Source of the DNA: Bugula neritina
Lineage: Eukaryota; Animalia; Bryozoa
Reading direction: 5' to 3'
DNA: 64,000 bases
NCBI GenBank assembly: GCA_964035545.1
Contig: OZ037765.1
Span: 4,598,698 to 4,662,697, forward strand
The notes below the pieces were generated by a model. The model searched no databases, was not told the origin of the DNA, and saw nothing but the letters and a program-made list of their open reading frames with translations. Made by a program: the position numbers and the translations under genes. Below are positions 26,618-47,764 of the stretch, piece after piece (position 1 is the stretch's first letter; each line of letters starts with the position of its first letter).

Positions 26618-28785
26618 CACACTTTGAAAAATTCATCTGATTACTCAATAAATAAACTAACAATCAAATCGAGTAATATATAGCATAACTTTCCCCAATT
26701 TCAAAAACTTGGAGCAAATAATTACAAATTTTACCAAGTCAAACAAGACTTGGACCCAGTTGTTTGTAATTATTTTTTTATTTATAAAAATAGTCATTGT
26801 TTGATTCTACAGGAACACAGGCTCTTCAAGCAGCTAAAGTATCTCAGGCACACGACAATGGAACAGAAGTAAAAATAGACGAACTACCAGGTTTTGGGAT
26901 AGGGTGGAAAGACCTTCCACAAGCCACATTACACTTGCTTAAGAACCCATGCTACATGTGTATCAGCTTAGACAATGCAATGAATTTCTTTTTTGTTATG
27001 GGTCTTTCCACCTTTGCACCCAAACTCATTGCCAATCAGTTTCATTTATCTCTCAGCCGGTCTTCCATATTAACAGGTAAGTTTTATTTGTGTTATTTTA
27101 ACAAAATCAAATATTAATATTTTTCTAAAGGGATAATAATTGCTAGTTTTTTGTTCCTATGGGTATCTAATTGAGAAAAAACTTTTACATTTGCCCCTTT
27201 TGAATCCTCACTGAATTTGAAACTTTGAAAACCATATTTTTATGCTGAAAAAAATACTTTTTACATAAAAAAGACAATAAATGTTTTTAAGGAAAGTATC
27301 TTTTAAGGGTTTAGCTGATTAAGTAAGCAACTCTGACTAAAATTTTGTCTTTCTTTTTTATAATGAACTTATATTCATCGATATGAAAAGTGTTAGATGG
27401 TTGAACATTTTTATCATTGCATAAGCACTTGAGACTTGATATAAGTGAGTCTTAGACAATTAATCTTAAAGTTTAGAGGCTATTTTAGACTTATGTTTTC
27501 TAACAGTTTAATAAAATAAGTTTCTTTTACCAATCTCAAAATTTTTCTTGGCTATTAGAACAAAACGACACATATTAATTAACACCAACTAATGTTTAAT
27601 GAAATATAAATTTATAGCATGTTCTATTTGGGATATATAATAACCAACCTGATATTGCATAATTATTATCTTCTTAGGTTTTATAGCTGTGCCCACCTCT
27701 GCAGTTGCCCAGATTTTAGTTGGACTCATAATCAAGCGCTACAACCTCAAACTAAAAGGGATACTGAAGCTTGCTCTGGCATCGACCATACTCTCTCTAG
27801 TGTTCATTCCAGTGTATTTAACACAATGTTACGAGTCAGAGATGGCTGGTATCTTGAAGCCTCATTCTGGGTAGGCTTTGCGATTTTTGTTATATTGGCA
27901 TTTAATTTTATGATTCTAAAACGTAATTTAACGTTTATATATATGCCATTACCTATATTAATACATATAAACATAATTTACACATTAGCCATTGTAATAT
28001 ATTTAGATATTCTTTTACAGTTCTAACACTGATGCTCAGCCAACACTTCACTCAACATGTAACTCAGAGTGTGGATGTAGTACAAGTACATATGAACCTG
28101 TGTGTGCAGACGGTATTCAGTATTTCTCTCCTTGCCATGCCGGTTGTTCTCTGCAACCTGTTGAAACTGGTGATGGTATCAAAGTAAGTGTCATTTATTT
28201 GTAATATTTTGCAGATTCTTCCTATTTGAAATTTATTCACAACACCACTTTGATTATAGTATTCTCATGCTTGTTGTACTGAAATATTCAGTAAATTATG
28301 CATGGTTTGCTATGCATACTTCAATTGTTTTGTGTTTAAATTTGTTAAGTTTTATTAGTAGCTAGTAGTTATTTCTGACCATCAACTTATAGTTTATACA
28401 CCCTTATAGAAGCATTATTTTGCTAACTTGTCTGTGGTATTAACTCACATAGGCATGTATTAAGAATTAACGAAAGACATAGATAGATAAAGGAAATGAT
28501 TCCTCTAAGTTTTATTGTGTGAACATTTGCTTTTACTAGCAAAATAAGTTTTTAATTTTTTTTAGATTTACCACAACTGTAGCTGCACAACAGGACAACT
28601 ACCATTCAGCTTTACTTCTACAAACAACACCAACAGTGAACCTGTAACTGAGGGCAAATGCAAACAGAAGTGTACTCTACTGTATACTGTGTTTGTCCCT
28701 TTTCTCTTTCTTCAGACATTCTTCACAGTCTTTTCTGGCGCTCCTCTCTATTTTGCCACTCTTAGGTAAGTTGTCTAAAGTGAGA

Positions 28786-28976
28786 TGGTTACAGTAGTTA
28801 CAGTGGTTACAGTGGTTACAGTGGTTAAAGTTGTTACAGTGGTTACAGTGGTTACAGTGGTTACAGTGGTTAAAGTTGTTACAGTGGCTACAGTGGTTAC
28901 AGTGATTACAGTAGTTACCGTGATTACAGTGGTTACAGTGGTTAAAGTTGTTAAAGTTGTTACAGTGGTTACAGTG
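28786..28976 (+). repeat. (GTGGTTACA)n 9-bp repeat
   Basis: About 21 imperfect copies after the donor at 28766. Confidence 0.95.
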
Positions 28977-29302
28977 TTTTCAGTTCATCAACTAGGAGAG
29001 AGTGAACTAATGCATTTAGCAGTTGTGCAATACCTGTAGTTATGTAATGAGCCTCTCAAAAAGAAGGTTGGGTAATTTTTGTAGTAATGATTACAAAAAC
29101 AGTGAGCCAACTTGTGTGCATTATAATTAAGATAAAATGTAAACAAAAACTAAAATTTCTTAAAATAAAATTTTTAATTCATAGTGTTTCCAAATATTAA
29201 AGCTTGTTTTGAAACAATGAAGCCACAAGATTTAAACAAATAATCAAAAAATCCTTTTTAAATTTCTGTTGGCTTTTAATAGAGCTCTTTTTTCCAGTTG
29301 CC

Positions 29303-29398
29303 AATATAAATATTATACAATATAAATATTATACAATATAAATATTATACAATATAAATATTATACAATATAAATATTATACAATATAAACATTATAC
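29303..29398 (+). repeat. 16-bp tandem repeat x6 abutting a splice acceptor in SLCO copy 3
   Basis: (AATATAAATATTATAC)6 followed directly by AG and the exon at 29401; single-copy in copy 2 (about 18066-18083). Confidence 0.93.
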
Positions 29399-31386
29399 AG
29401 GTCTGTTCCTGACAAGCTGAGTGCATATGGAGTAGCTTTAAGCTGGGTCTTCATCAGGTTTCTAGGTGAGTCGATATTTAACCAGCTCTTTAAACTCAAT
29501 TACTGTCAGAAGCCATTCTTTATTAAAGTCAAACCGATTAAATTGAAGTTTTGAAGAAGTTCCTTTTTATTAACCTAAATTTCCAACAGTTTTGTTTTTC
29601 CTTTAATCAGGTATTATTTTTATGTTTGCCAGAAAAGACCTTTAATCATTATAGTTTGACCAATTTGCTTAATTTTCTCTTGTTATTTTTTCAAAATTTC
29701 TAAATCAATTTCTTTCAACTAACTGTAGGAAGTATCCCTGGGCCAATCGTATTTGGCACAATATTAGATGCGAGCTGTAAGGTCTGGCAGACAGATCCTG
29801 ATGCAGAGATCACAAGAGGTTCCTGTTGGATATATGATAATATCGGAATGGCTGTTAGAGTTGCCGTACTACTGGCTGTTGCGAGGGCATTAGCACTGGT
29901 GTTCAACTCTCTAGCTTTAATATTATACAAAGCTCCAGCAACATCTTCTACACCTTCTGAAGTCAGTCTCGATATGAAGGAAAAAGATGGAGTAACAGCT
30001 TAAAAATATTATTAACCAAATATATGTTTTGTGCCATGAATTTGAATAACCAATCAGCCATAATATTTTTTCTTATTTATTCAATTTTAAGATATTTTTA
30101 TATTGCTCATACTTTTTAATAAGCAGTATAAAATAACTAGCTTACTATAGAAGCAGAAAATGAAAGCTATTTATTGAGTTTGGGTTTAATTTTGACTCTA
30201 GATGCTGATTTAATTTTCACAGCATATTATGTTATTTTTATAAACTTATAGGACTAGTGCTTAACTTTTTTATGTTTATAGTGTTATGAATATTTAAATA
30301 ATGTGAGTGAATATAATTTATTACTGCACCATTCATTTTTTATCCTCCTATTAGGTTGTTTTAGACAACATAACGTCACAAATTATTCGCTTTGTTGTGT
30401 GCATTTTTTTATATTGCATAAACACGCACTTTGTTAAAAACACAATATGTTAATAAAATTTGAACACATTTAATCAATAATTGCTTTGATTTTTAAATCA
30501 GCTGCAAAATAAGATCTGCATGAACAATGTGGAAATATTTAGTGCAAAGACAGGAGAAGATAACTATCTTTCATAATAGCTTGCACATGGTAGTACCTTT
30601 GTTCTGCATCACACATGTATAGACAATCATAGAAGTAAAGTACCCTGGTTTATAAAGATCTACTATAGTCAATTTCTTTGAACCTTTGTGCATAACCAAC
30701 ATTACCCATTCATAATTGTTCATAGTTACATACATATATTGTGTTATAGGCTTCACAATATGTCGAGTTATTTTATATTGTTAGTATTCAGTCATTCTTT
30801 GTGATTATGAAAGCTATTCTATTTGTTTTTTCATATTATTCACTTTGTATGAACAGTACCGCTGAATCGATATATTTTTGTAATCTTGCCTACCTGAAGC
30901 TGTATTTAACTAGTTATGACACAGCTGCATTGAGCATTTTAACTTGACTGGATGCTGTGATGTGGTTGGGAGTTTAGTCACCATAACATTACAGCTACCT
31001 CAAGTGTGTAAGTTATCTGGTTGTACTATGTGCTCATTGTGTAACCATTCTTCAGTCAATTGGAGTAAAGCCCAGCTGTTTTGTAAGTGGTGAGTAGTAA
31101 GCTAGTATAAGGTTTTCATACTCTAATTAAAATGATTACAGGTTAAATTATTCATCTGTGAAGTTTTCAGAGCTGATCTATATATAAAAGACTTTGGTTT
31201 AAAGGATATGCTTCATGCGTCTAGTGATAATATAGCTGAATTCACACAAGTGAGATGTATTATATATGATTTTATGTAACTCCAATAAAGCCAGTTACTA
31301 GCTGTATTGTTATCTAGCTTCAGTTTTTACCAACTTAGAGTTCCATTCATGTAATTACAGAGCTTTCTCTGAACCACCCACACAGT

Positions 31387-38675
<7,289 letters not shown>

Positions 38676-40070
38676 CTTAATCAGTTTGATTTTTATTATT
38701 CAAACCAATAGTGAATTTTCATCACATATAAATTCTATTTTTATAGCTATTTATTCATAACTATTAATTTTAAAGGTAGTAAGTTTTTAAGATATTTTTA
38801 AAATAATGCTATGGAATTCCCAAATACACAATACAAATTGGCTGGTACTTGAAAAAGCAAAGTTGTAAATAATTTTTTGTAAAGTTTTGTATATTTAATT
38901 CTAAATGGTGATATTTAGCAGTATTGCGTATTCTTTATATTTCTGCATACATATTCTTAATATGGTTCATGTTAATACTATCATTTAAATAAAATATGTA
39001 AAATATAAATAATTATAAATAGGATTGTTTACTTTGATTTAAATGTCAACACATAGGTTTATCTCAAAGGTAGATAACATTTCATGCTACACGCCTGTTA
39101 TTTTTGATAAATATTATATGCATACATACATACGTGTACGTACATACCAGATTTGCAGGGTGTTGCTTAAAAGCTATTCAGCTGTGCTGGTATATAAAAA
39201 AGCTAAACGGGTTCTTGTAACAATTACTTTTTAAAAGTTTTAGTTAAAATAATAGCTAGATGGTATAAGAACCTAAATTGAGTGGTGAAGCTATGAGTTG
39301 TTTTAAATTCATGTAAAACAAAAAAACACGAAACACAATCTATAACATGCATTTGAGTAATTTTATTGAGACGAGAATGCTTGATTGTATAAGTTTGCAA
39401 ATTGTAAAGAGCACCACCGTGTCTACTTAAAGACTTTCTGCTATAGATATTGAGAGTCAAAGTTAGTAATAACTTATAGTATCAGTTCTACAGTAGACAC
39501 AGTAAAACCAATATGCTCGGGCATACTATCGTGAAGTTGTATTTATAGCTGACAGCTAAGGTATGTGTGAATAATTCTATAGCGCGTCAATGTAACGCGT
39601 CAGAGGCTCTTTAAACATTAGCAGCGTAGTTTATTACCAAATTAATAATAAAGTATGGAATTTAACCTATTTCAGTCACAAGTAACATAATAATTGAAAC
39701 TTACTCAACCGGAACAATCATTCGGCCGTATATAAGCTTTCTAACAGAGTATAGATTTATAAGTAAGAAGCTTTCACATAAGTTACACGAGTGCTATAAA
39801 TAATCAGTATTTTGTCAACTTAGCATCCATGAGGAATCCATCCAGCTTTCATCACACAGGAACTGTACACCACAGAAAGAGGTTAGTTAAGACTGTAAGC
39901 TCTAGCCGCAGTAGAAATACAGAAGCAAAAAGTCTGACAACGGCGGTGAATAAGTTGAATCAACCTACTTGGACCAAGGAACATTGTAGTGAGAAACTCT
40001 AGTTTATGTAGTTGAAATCTCCAAAGAGTGAAAAGTATCTAGAAACATCATCTCTGAAGATATAAAAGAT

Positions 40071-43000
40071 ATGGAACAGGATGAGCCAAGGCAACAGAGG
40101 ATAGAAGATGATGAAAACAGAAAGGATATGAACTGCGGTCTCACACCAAGCTGCCAGCCCAAGTGGCTGCAGAAATTTGCCGGTGCCAAGTCTTTTCTCC
40201 TTGTTTTAACCATATTTGGTATAGTTCAAGGTAAAAAATGGTTGCCAATACATCTTGTCAAAATGTAAATATTCATTGCAAAATTTATAGAGCTAATATA
40301 GGCTATCAGAATTTCTCTGTTATTGCATATAATCTAAATTTTTTTTATATTGTTTAACATATAGATGTTATTTCAAATAACTAGTGGCTAAATTGCAGGT
40401 TTTGTCATCAATGGCATACACAGTGTGAACATCTCAGCCTATGAGAGAAGATATTTATTGTCTAGCAAGAGTTCAAGTTTGGTTGGAGCCTTTTATGACA
40501 TCTCAGCTGGGATATTGGTATGTACACAATAAGCATACACTATTACTGTGTAGTTTGTGGGTTACAAGTAGTATATATGCCTTCAAAGATCTGTATTCAA
40601 CTGATAGAAGATTTACAACAGCAGAATGACGTTATGTCTCTTGTTCTCTCAATTTTTTGAACCTTAACTTAAAAGTCATATTTATAGAAAATTTTGAGAC
40701 TGAGGCTAGTTAGCCTTAGTACTCTATACACTCTAATGAAATTTTCTATTTGACTAACTCTATAAATAAACCTGCATCTCTTCAGAGATTCAATGGAGCC
40801 CACGCTATATAGAAAAGTATCATCTTATAAGCTTTAGCGTTATCTTAATCTTCAACTATATGTTGCATGTGTTTACATTGTTTTATTCTTTTATGTTTAA
40901 ATTACTATAATGCTACATTCTATATTAGAGTTCTGGAAATAGGCTTATTTCAGAGTCTAAAAGGTATTTTTGTTATTCCTACAGTAATTAAACATAGTAT
41001 AAGCTAAGGGACAAAGCTTTTATGTTCAAAACTATGTGTATATAAAATAACTTTGCAAATGTGACTCTGAAATACGGCTTGATTGTAAATGCTTCTTTCT
41101 TTTATTCATCAAAGTCTTGCACCCCCTATTATAGCTGTTTTATTTTCAATTGTAAATCAAGAAAGATTTTAATTCAATAATCATTTGTTCTGAAAATGTG
41201 AACTTTAGTTTCAGCATAGTAACCAAAGTTATTAAATACCAGGTTTATGCATCTTGTTATAGTACTATAGCTCTGCTAAAGACTGAGTTAGCAGATCTAC
41301 ACAAGTTGAAACTTAATTCCCTTCGTGATATTGACAGAAAAACTCAGTAAATGTTTACTTCACATTTCTTTGACTGACTTAGGTCAGTGAACATGCAACA
41401 AAAACATGATGCAACATAATGGTGAATGTTTTCAGTTTGTGAAACTTGAAGACAAGATCGTGATATTGCTTTTGAGTGTGTGCATACAACTGAAGGCACC
41501 AGTTTAATACTATATCAAATACAGTGCTCCCTCCGTATCTCACTAGCCTGTGGGGTTTCGAAATCTCGAGTCGTGACGTATTAGAATACCAATTTTACTC
41601 ACGAATTCGTTAAATTTGGTCATTCATCTTTATACACACATACATAGATCACAAGCCCTTCTTGTGACCTATGAAATTTCATGAGAACTGGAACCATGAG
41701 ATATGGAGGGAGCACTGTATTAAGTCTGTGATCTTAAGTTACAAGCGGGCTGGTCAATACTCACCCCAATCCTTACATTCTGTAGGTGTTGTTTGTTGGA
41801 TACTTTGGGGCTGTGGCTCACCAGCCCAGGCTCTTGGCATTCGGTGCTCTGTTGTTAGGACTCGGCAGTTTTGTGATGACAATCGCTCAGTTTGCTTCTC
41901 CTCCCTACAACCCTGGAATTAATGAAGGCTACACTGTCAACTGCAACCTCCATAGTAAACGTTACACATCAAATGTCATATTGGCTTGTCATGATAAAAT
42001 TTGTATAGTTAGTTCATAAGTTGGGAAATACTAAGATTTGGCTGTATGGAAAATTTTTCTAGCAGTGAGAAAAATTTTCAAATTTGATTATTACTACTTT
42101 CTTGACACTCGCTGCTTACTACTTACTCTTTAGGAAAGCAAGGTTAATTCAGAGTTGTTTGGCTTCTGATTGAGTGAATAAGGTGTGGAGTTATCTGCAC
42201 CGTAAAGGGATGCAGTACTGATTCACTACTATATTAAGTTTGCATGCCTGTTGTAATAGTGTATTGTTTACTTGTTTTAACACTGTTTGATATTGTAGAT
42301 AATGTGACAGCGAGTGAAAGCCCAGCATACCTTAAGAACTACCTGTACCTACTGCTGCTAGGACAAGCTTTGAATGGGTTCACTGGAGCGAGTTTGTTCA
42401 CCCTAGGCATTACTTATATTGACCAGAGCTGCACCACAGAGGTCACTTCCTGGTTCATTGGTGAGAACTGGCTCTATGTGTGGAGAGCGTTCAAAGCCCT
42501 CCTCTTGCCTTCAGTTTTACTGTTTAACTTTAAACATTCTTTTAGATTCTAGTTCATATATTTTTTATAAGTCATATAGGTAGGCAGAAATTATCTTAAT
42601 TACTTGATAACTTAAAGCTAAAACCAAAAAATGATGCTCTTTTATGGGCCGAATAGCTACTATAAAGATGGCATTTGGCCATTTGGTGCATAAAGTACAG
42701 AAAATATTAGCAAACAACTTTAAAAGATAATAACCAGTGGCCACTATAAATAAAATGTAATTATGGCATTATTTTACTATTTTCACTTTATTTAATGTTT
42801 ACATCAGAATATTAGAGTCATCGCTCAATTTCGTTATAGTTAGTAAACAAATTGTTTATTAGAACGAAAAATCAAAGAAAGTCAAAGAATATATTTGGCA
42901 ACTACTAAATTGTTATGTACATAAAATTCACTCCAGCTAAAGTTATTGATGTATTTTGGACTCATGTAATAAAAATGTCTTATTTAAGCAGCAAATAAAA

Positions 43001-46000
43001 GATACCTTGGATGCATTTTAGATAATTTGAATAGTATACCGCGTATCTGTAGGTATATTTACTGGTGGGGCAGTCCTCGGGCCAGCCATAGGTTACCTAA
43101 TTGGTGGAAGTTTCCTAAACATATACGTGGACTTTCCTAAAGATCCCCCAAAGTGAGATGCTAAGTATAATTATATGTTGTTATCTGTATATCCTTATTT
43201 TGATTATAAGATTGTGAATTGTTCTTCTACATTTAGCCACATGCACTTATGTTGTGTGAATGTTTGTTTTTGTTTGAGAGTGATAGAATTATCTCAGGGA
43301 AATATAAAGTGTTTCTGTTGCAATAATTTAACTTATGCTGCTACATGTAGTAATAATTTATATGCACTTTATTACTTATCATTTTATATCTCGGAACTAA
43401 CAAATAATTGTATACTATACTGTGCTATCAATTTATCAATGTTATATTACATAATTCCGTAATGTTCTACATTAGTGGACTAACAAGAGATGACCCAGCC
43501 TGGGTTGGTGCCTGGTGGATCCCTTTTGTACTCAGTTCTGTTCTCAGCTTTATACTGGCTTTTTTCATGTTCCTTTTCCCCAGAGAACTGCCTGGTTAGT
43601 TTTATAAACTGTTGCCATATGTTTTCACTTCAGATCCAGCTTTGTGTACAGCTGAGAACTTTTTTTAGCAGATCATTATAGTCTATATATTCAACGCATT
43701 ATCCTTATATCTTAATATTTTCTATCATGTGAAATAATTATTTTAACAATTTGTGACAAGCCGAAGCTTTACAATGACCTACGAAAGAACCGCATCATTT
43801 CTCCAACCTTTTTTCCCAGAGAACTGCTGATAGAAATCTCCAATCTAAATTATAGTTCCACTGTTCCTAAATATACATTTAACTTACTATAGGCAGTCTA
43901 GGCCTTAGTAGTAGCAGCTTTTCTGGTACCATTTAAATCTAATAACCAAGCTGTAGTGTTGAGATTACTTGGTAGAGCCCCTTTAGTGTAATGATTTGCG
44001 TGCCTGCTTGTAAACTGGAGGTCTGGGGTTCGAATTCCAGTCAGGAATATATTTTACACAAACTGCATGAGTTAATAGAAAACCTAAACACCGTTGAAAC
44101 ACTCCTTGTCATTAGCCAACATGATGTCTAGTTAGCTAATCACTAATTTACTACCTAATACTATACTTTTACATTCTACTTCAGCTATGGCTGTAGAAAT
44201 AGCAGCTGAATTAATGGCAAAAACTCACTCAAATTTTCTTAAAAGACATTTTTGGTTAATGAAACTTTTTTTTATTCAGAGCAACATATAAGTGCTTTCT
44301 TACAAGTGTGTAATGATTGATGATTTTATTTATTCTTTTTATAGGCTCAGCAGCTATTCAGGCTACTAAAGTATCTCAAGCCCATGACAATGGCATAGAG
44401 CATAAGATAAAAAGTAAGCCAGGGTTTGGGATAGGGTGGAGAGGTATCCCACAAGCTACTCTGTATTTGCTAAGGACACCAAGCTATGTGTTCCTGTGCA
44501 TTGCAGACGGTTTGGAGTTGTTCATTGTCATCGGCGTGAGCACATTCTTACCTAAAGTCATCTCTAACCAGTTTGCTCAGTCTCTCGATTGGTCATCAAA
44601 GTTAACTGGTGAGATAATCTTTCTAGTATAAATATACAATGTATGCCTCTCCTATTTTACTAAGGTAATATGTATGTTGTAATCTGTTACACTATACTAT
44701 ATATTAAGTAGCTAATGTATGTCTCTTCTAATTTACTAAGGTAATGTATAAAATGTAAAATATTATGCTACGCTACATACTATTTCACGCCCTATAATAT
44801 TACATTTGAAAACATAATGTTGTATTTTGTTATGTTAAATTATATTATAATATATTATATATTATAGATATTGTTTTGTTCAGCTCAGTGGATAAGTGCT
44901 CTTGCGAGAAGGTTGTGGTCTGTTATGTGTAGACTGTTAGGTGTTATTTTGTTTAGCTTGGGTTTCTAACTGTTGGTTTAATTAAAGTTTGAGTATATGT
45001 AATAAATTACTCAAATAATGAGCTATTATTTGTTTCTCAAATAAAAAACTTTCTGCACCAACTCTAAATAAACATATTATAATTGTTTCACACAGGTTTG
45101 TTGGCGGTGCCAGCAGGGGCGGCTGCTCAAATTCTCGGAGGATACGTAATAAAACGGTGGAACCTCAGTCTATCTCAGATACTAAAGCTAACTCTAGTGT
45201 CCTTGGCATTGTCTTTGTTACTCTGTCCACTATTCTTAGCTAGATGTGAAGATTCGCCTATAGCAGGGGTCCTGGCCCCTTATCCTGGGTATATAACCTA
45301 ACTTATAACCTTGAATAGAAAGACTTTTTATTAAACGTTCTTCTCATAGTTCAGTACCAGGCAGTGAGATTTTAATTTGCTATTACAGACAAGTTCTCCC
45401 TGACCAAGTGGATCTGAACTCAACGTGCAACTCAGGGTGTGGATGTAGTACAAGTACATATGAACCTGTGTGTGCAGACGGTATTCAGTATTTCTCTCCT
45501 TGCCATGCCGGTTGTTCTACGGAACCTGTTGAATTAGAAGATAAAACTCAGGTGTGATAAATTTATTCGCTTTCGTTATAAATCAATGTTTTAAAAACTA
45601 ATTCACATTCTTCTTAGAGATAGTACAAAAATATTTTTTTCTGCAAGACTCATTTATGAATCCATTTCTCTCTTCTTGCCTTGCAGCTAACTTTGTGTCA
45701 AACTCAATGCGTTTTCACAACTAAAATTGTTACCTGCATGCATTGTGCTTTGGTTTGATCTTTAATACTGTATACTGTAAAACTGTATAATGTAAAACTG
45801 TATACTGTAAAACTGTATACTGTAACACTGTATAATGTAATACTGTATACTGTAACACTGTATACTGTAACACTGTATAATGTAAAACTGTATACTGTAA
45901 CACTGTATAATGTAATACTGTATACTATAACACTGTATACTGTAACACTGTATAATGTAAAACTGTATACTGAAATACTGTATATCGTAATCCTGTATGC

Positions 46001-47764
46001 TGTAATACTGTATAATATTATACTGTAATACTGTATTGCTGTGTACTGTCATACTGCATACTATAATGCTGTATGCTGTAGTATTGCAATACTGTAATAC
46101 TCTAAGTATTATTATATATGTGGTGCACTGTTGCATAGTTATCAATCATTGTGTATATTATCTTATTTTTAGCTAGTACTATATATAAGAATATTCATGA
46201 TTTATCATATTGATTGCATTCAGGTTTACCATAACTGTAGCTGTCTACTTGGCCTGAACGCAAGTGAAGCTGTAGTTGCTGTAAAAGCAAAATGCAAACT
46301 GAACTGCAAGCTCCTATATACTCTCTTTACACCACTCGCCTTTCTACAGATGTTCTTCATTTTCTTTGCCGGCACACCAATGAGTGTCGCAACACTGAGG
46401 TAGTTGTTAAATCTTTAAATTTTCGGTTTATTCAATCATTAATTTCAATTGTAAATAACTCCCAGATATAATAAGCAAAAGCTGTTTAATCAATTCATTA
46501 TACTTCAATGTTAGTAATCATATTTAATACTTCCTTATATTTTTCACACTTTTTAAATGAAATACATTGAGGTTAGTTTTCGACTGACAATATGAATCAT
46601 TTAAGTTATAAAATAAGGTTACCGGCTGAAAATATCTGAAAGCCTTTTTGTTGATTTGAAGCAAACTTTTCGAAATATACCTATACTTTTTATATCCTCA
46701 TTTTAATACTGCAAAAGGTTATATTATTATATTACATTGAACAGTATTATATGATATTAGCATATTCACTATTACGATATATATTTTATTGTCATCATGT
46801 TTTTGCTGTAGAGTTCTTCCAGATAAGTTGAAAGCTTATGGTCTGTCAGTCAGCTGGGTGTTTCTACGACTTCTGGGTTGGTATATCCTTAAACTTCCTT
46901 GTGTGCGCATGTTAATGCATTATCAATACATTATCAATGCATTGTTAATGCATTATCAATACAATATCAACACATATTAATGCAATACTAATACATTTTT
47001 ATTGCAACACCAATGCATTTTAATGCAATAGCAATGCATTATCAATTAATACAACTTTACTGCAATATTATATAATATAAAAAGTGCATATTATTTATAA
47101 TGTATATCAATACAGCATCAATGTTAATAATAATGGTCAGTATTACATAATGAAACCACTTATTAAACTGCTTTCAAGAGAGTAACTTATGCCTGTGGTG
47201 TAGCTTACCTTCACATAAGACAATCTGTCTGCTAAATAAATATAGGAAGCAGTACTTAAAGTAAGGAAACTTTTGAATCGATGCTTATCAATACCTAATA
47301 GTATGAAATTTAAGTGCTAAACTTATACAGTTTATGTGTATTTATACTTTTCATGTGTTAAGACATAAATGTGTTAGTTAAAAACAGTCTGTAAATAAAT
47401 ATGCTATTTGTAATTCACCTAGCCTTTTCTATTCTCTCTAGAGCATTCTAGTTTTGCAATTATAACTTGGTCATATTTTACTGTAACTGTATCTGGCTTC
47501 ATTCCTGAAGTATGTTAAAATAACTCCATGCGTTGGATTGTAGGAAGTATTCCTGGGCCAATCATATTCGGCGCAATATTAGATGCGAGCTGTAAAGTCT
47601 GGCAGACAGATCCTGATGGAGAGACTAGAGGATCCTGCTGGATATATGATAATGCTGGAATGGCTGTTAGAATTGTCGTACTGTTTGCTGTTGTAAAGAC
47701 ATTGTCTCTATTATGCAGTGCGTTAGCTTTATGGCTTTATAAAGCCCCGCAACAAACTCAGTAG
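40071..47764 (+). CDS. SLCO4A1-like: SLCO/OATP transporter, copy 5 (about 636 aa, apparently intact, more divergent)
   Basis: Exons 40071-40230, 40399-40517, 41786-41954, 42299-42460, 43053-43152, 43476-43594, 44345-44608, 45096-45288, 45389-45551, 46224-46399, 46812-46876, 47544-47764(TAG); total 1911 nt. AATAAA at 47962. Confidence 0.92.
41522..41717. mobile_element. MITE (196 bp), TA target-site duplication, Tc1/mariner/pogo-like TIRs
   Basis: TA|CAGTGCTCCCTCCGTATCTCA ... TGAGATATGGAGGGAGCACTG|TA; no coding capacity; two related copies in the window. Confidence 0.85.
45763..46100 (+). repeat. 15-bp period repeat (ACTGTATACTGTAAN)n, degenerating towards the 3' end
   Basis: Direct observation. 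Confidence 0.9.

Larger units (their letters stand above)
23496..30003 (+). pseudogene. SLCO4A1-like: SLCO/OATP transporter, copy 3; full exon set but in-frame premature stop (probable young pseudogene or null allele)
   Basis: Exons 23496-23655, 24042-24160, 24390-24555, 24847-25008, 25742-25841, 26140-26258, 26813-27076, 27678-27870, 28021-28183, 28566-28765, 29401-29465, 29729-30003(TAA). TGA at 26165-26167 replaces TGG (DPA*VGAWW). W>R near 27058 (LSRS, where copies 2, 4 and 5 have W). Confidence 0.8.

Noticed and set aside
28785-29039. VVT-repeat ORF (also the 37701-37940 and 45762-46145 ORFs)
   Set aside because: Stop-free frames of intronic simple repeats.
43977-44047. tRNA gene (also tRNA-like pieces at about 19675-19705 and 44880-44920)
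   Set aside because: A and B boxes are present (TAGTGTAATG, GGTTCGAATT) but the acceptor and anticodon stems do not pair; more likely SINE-head debris.
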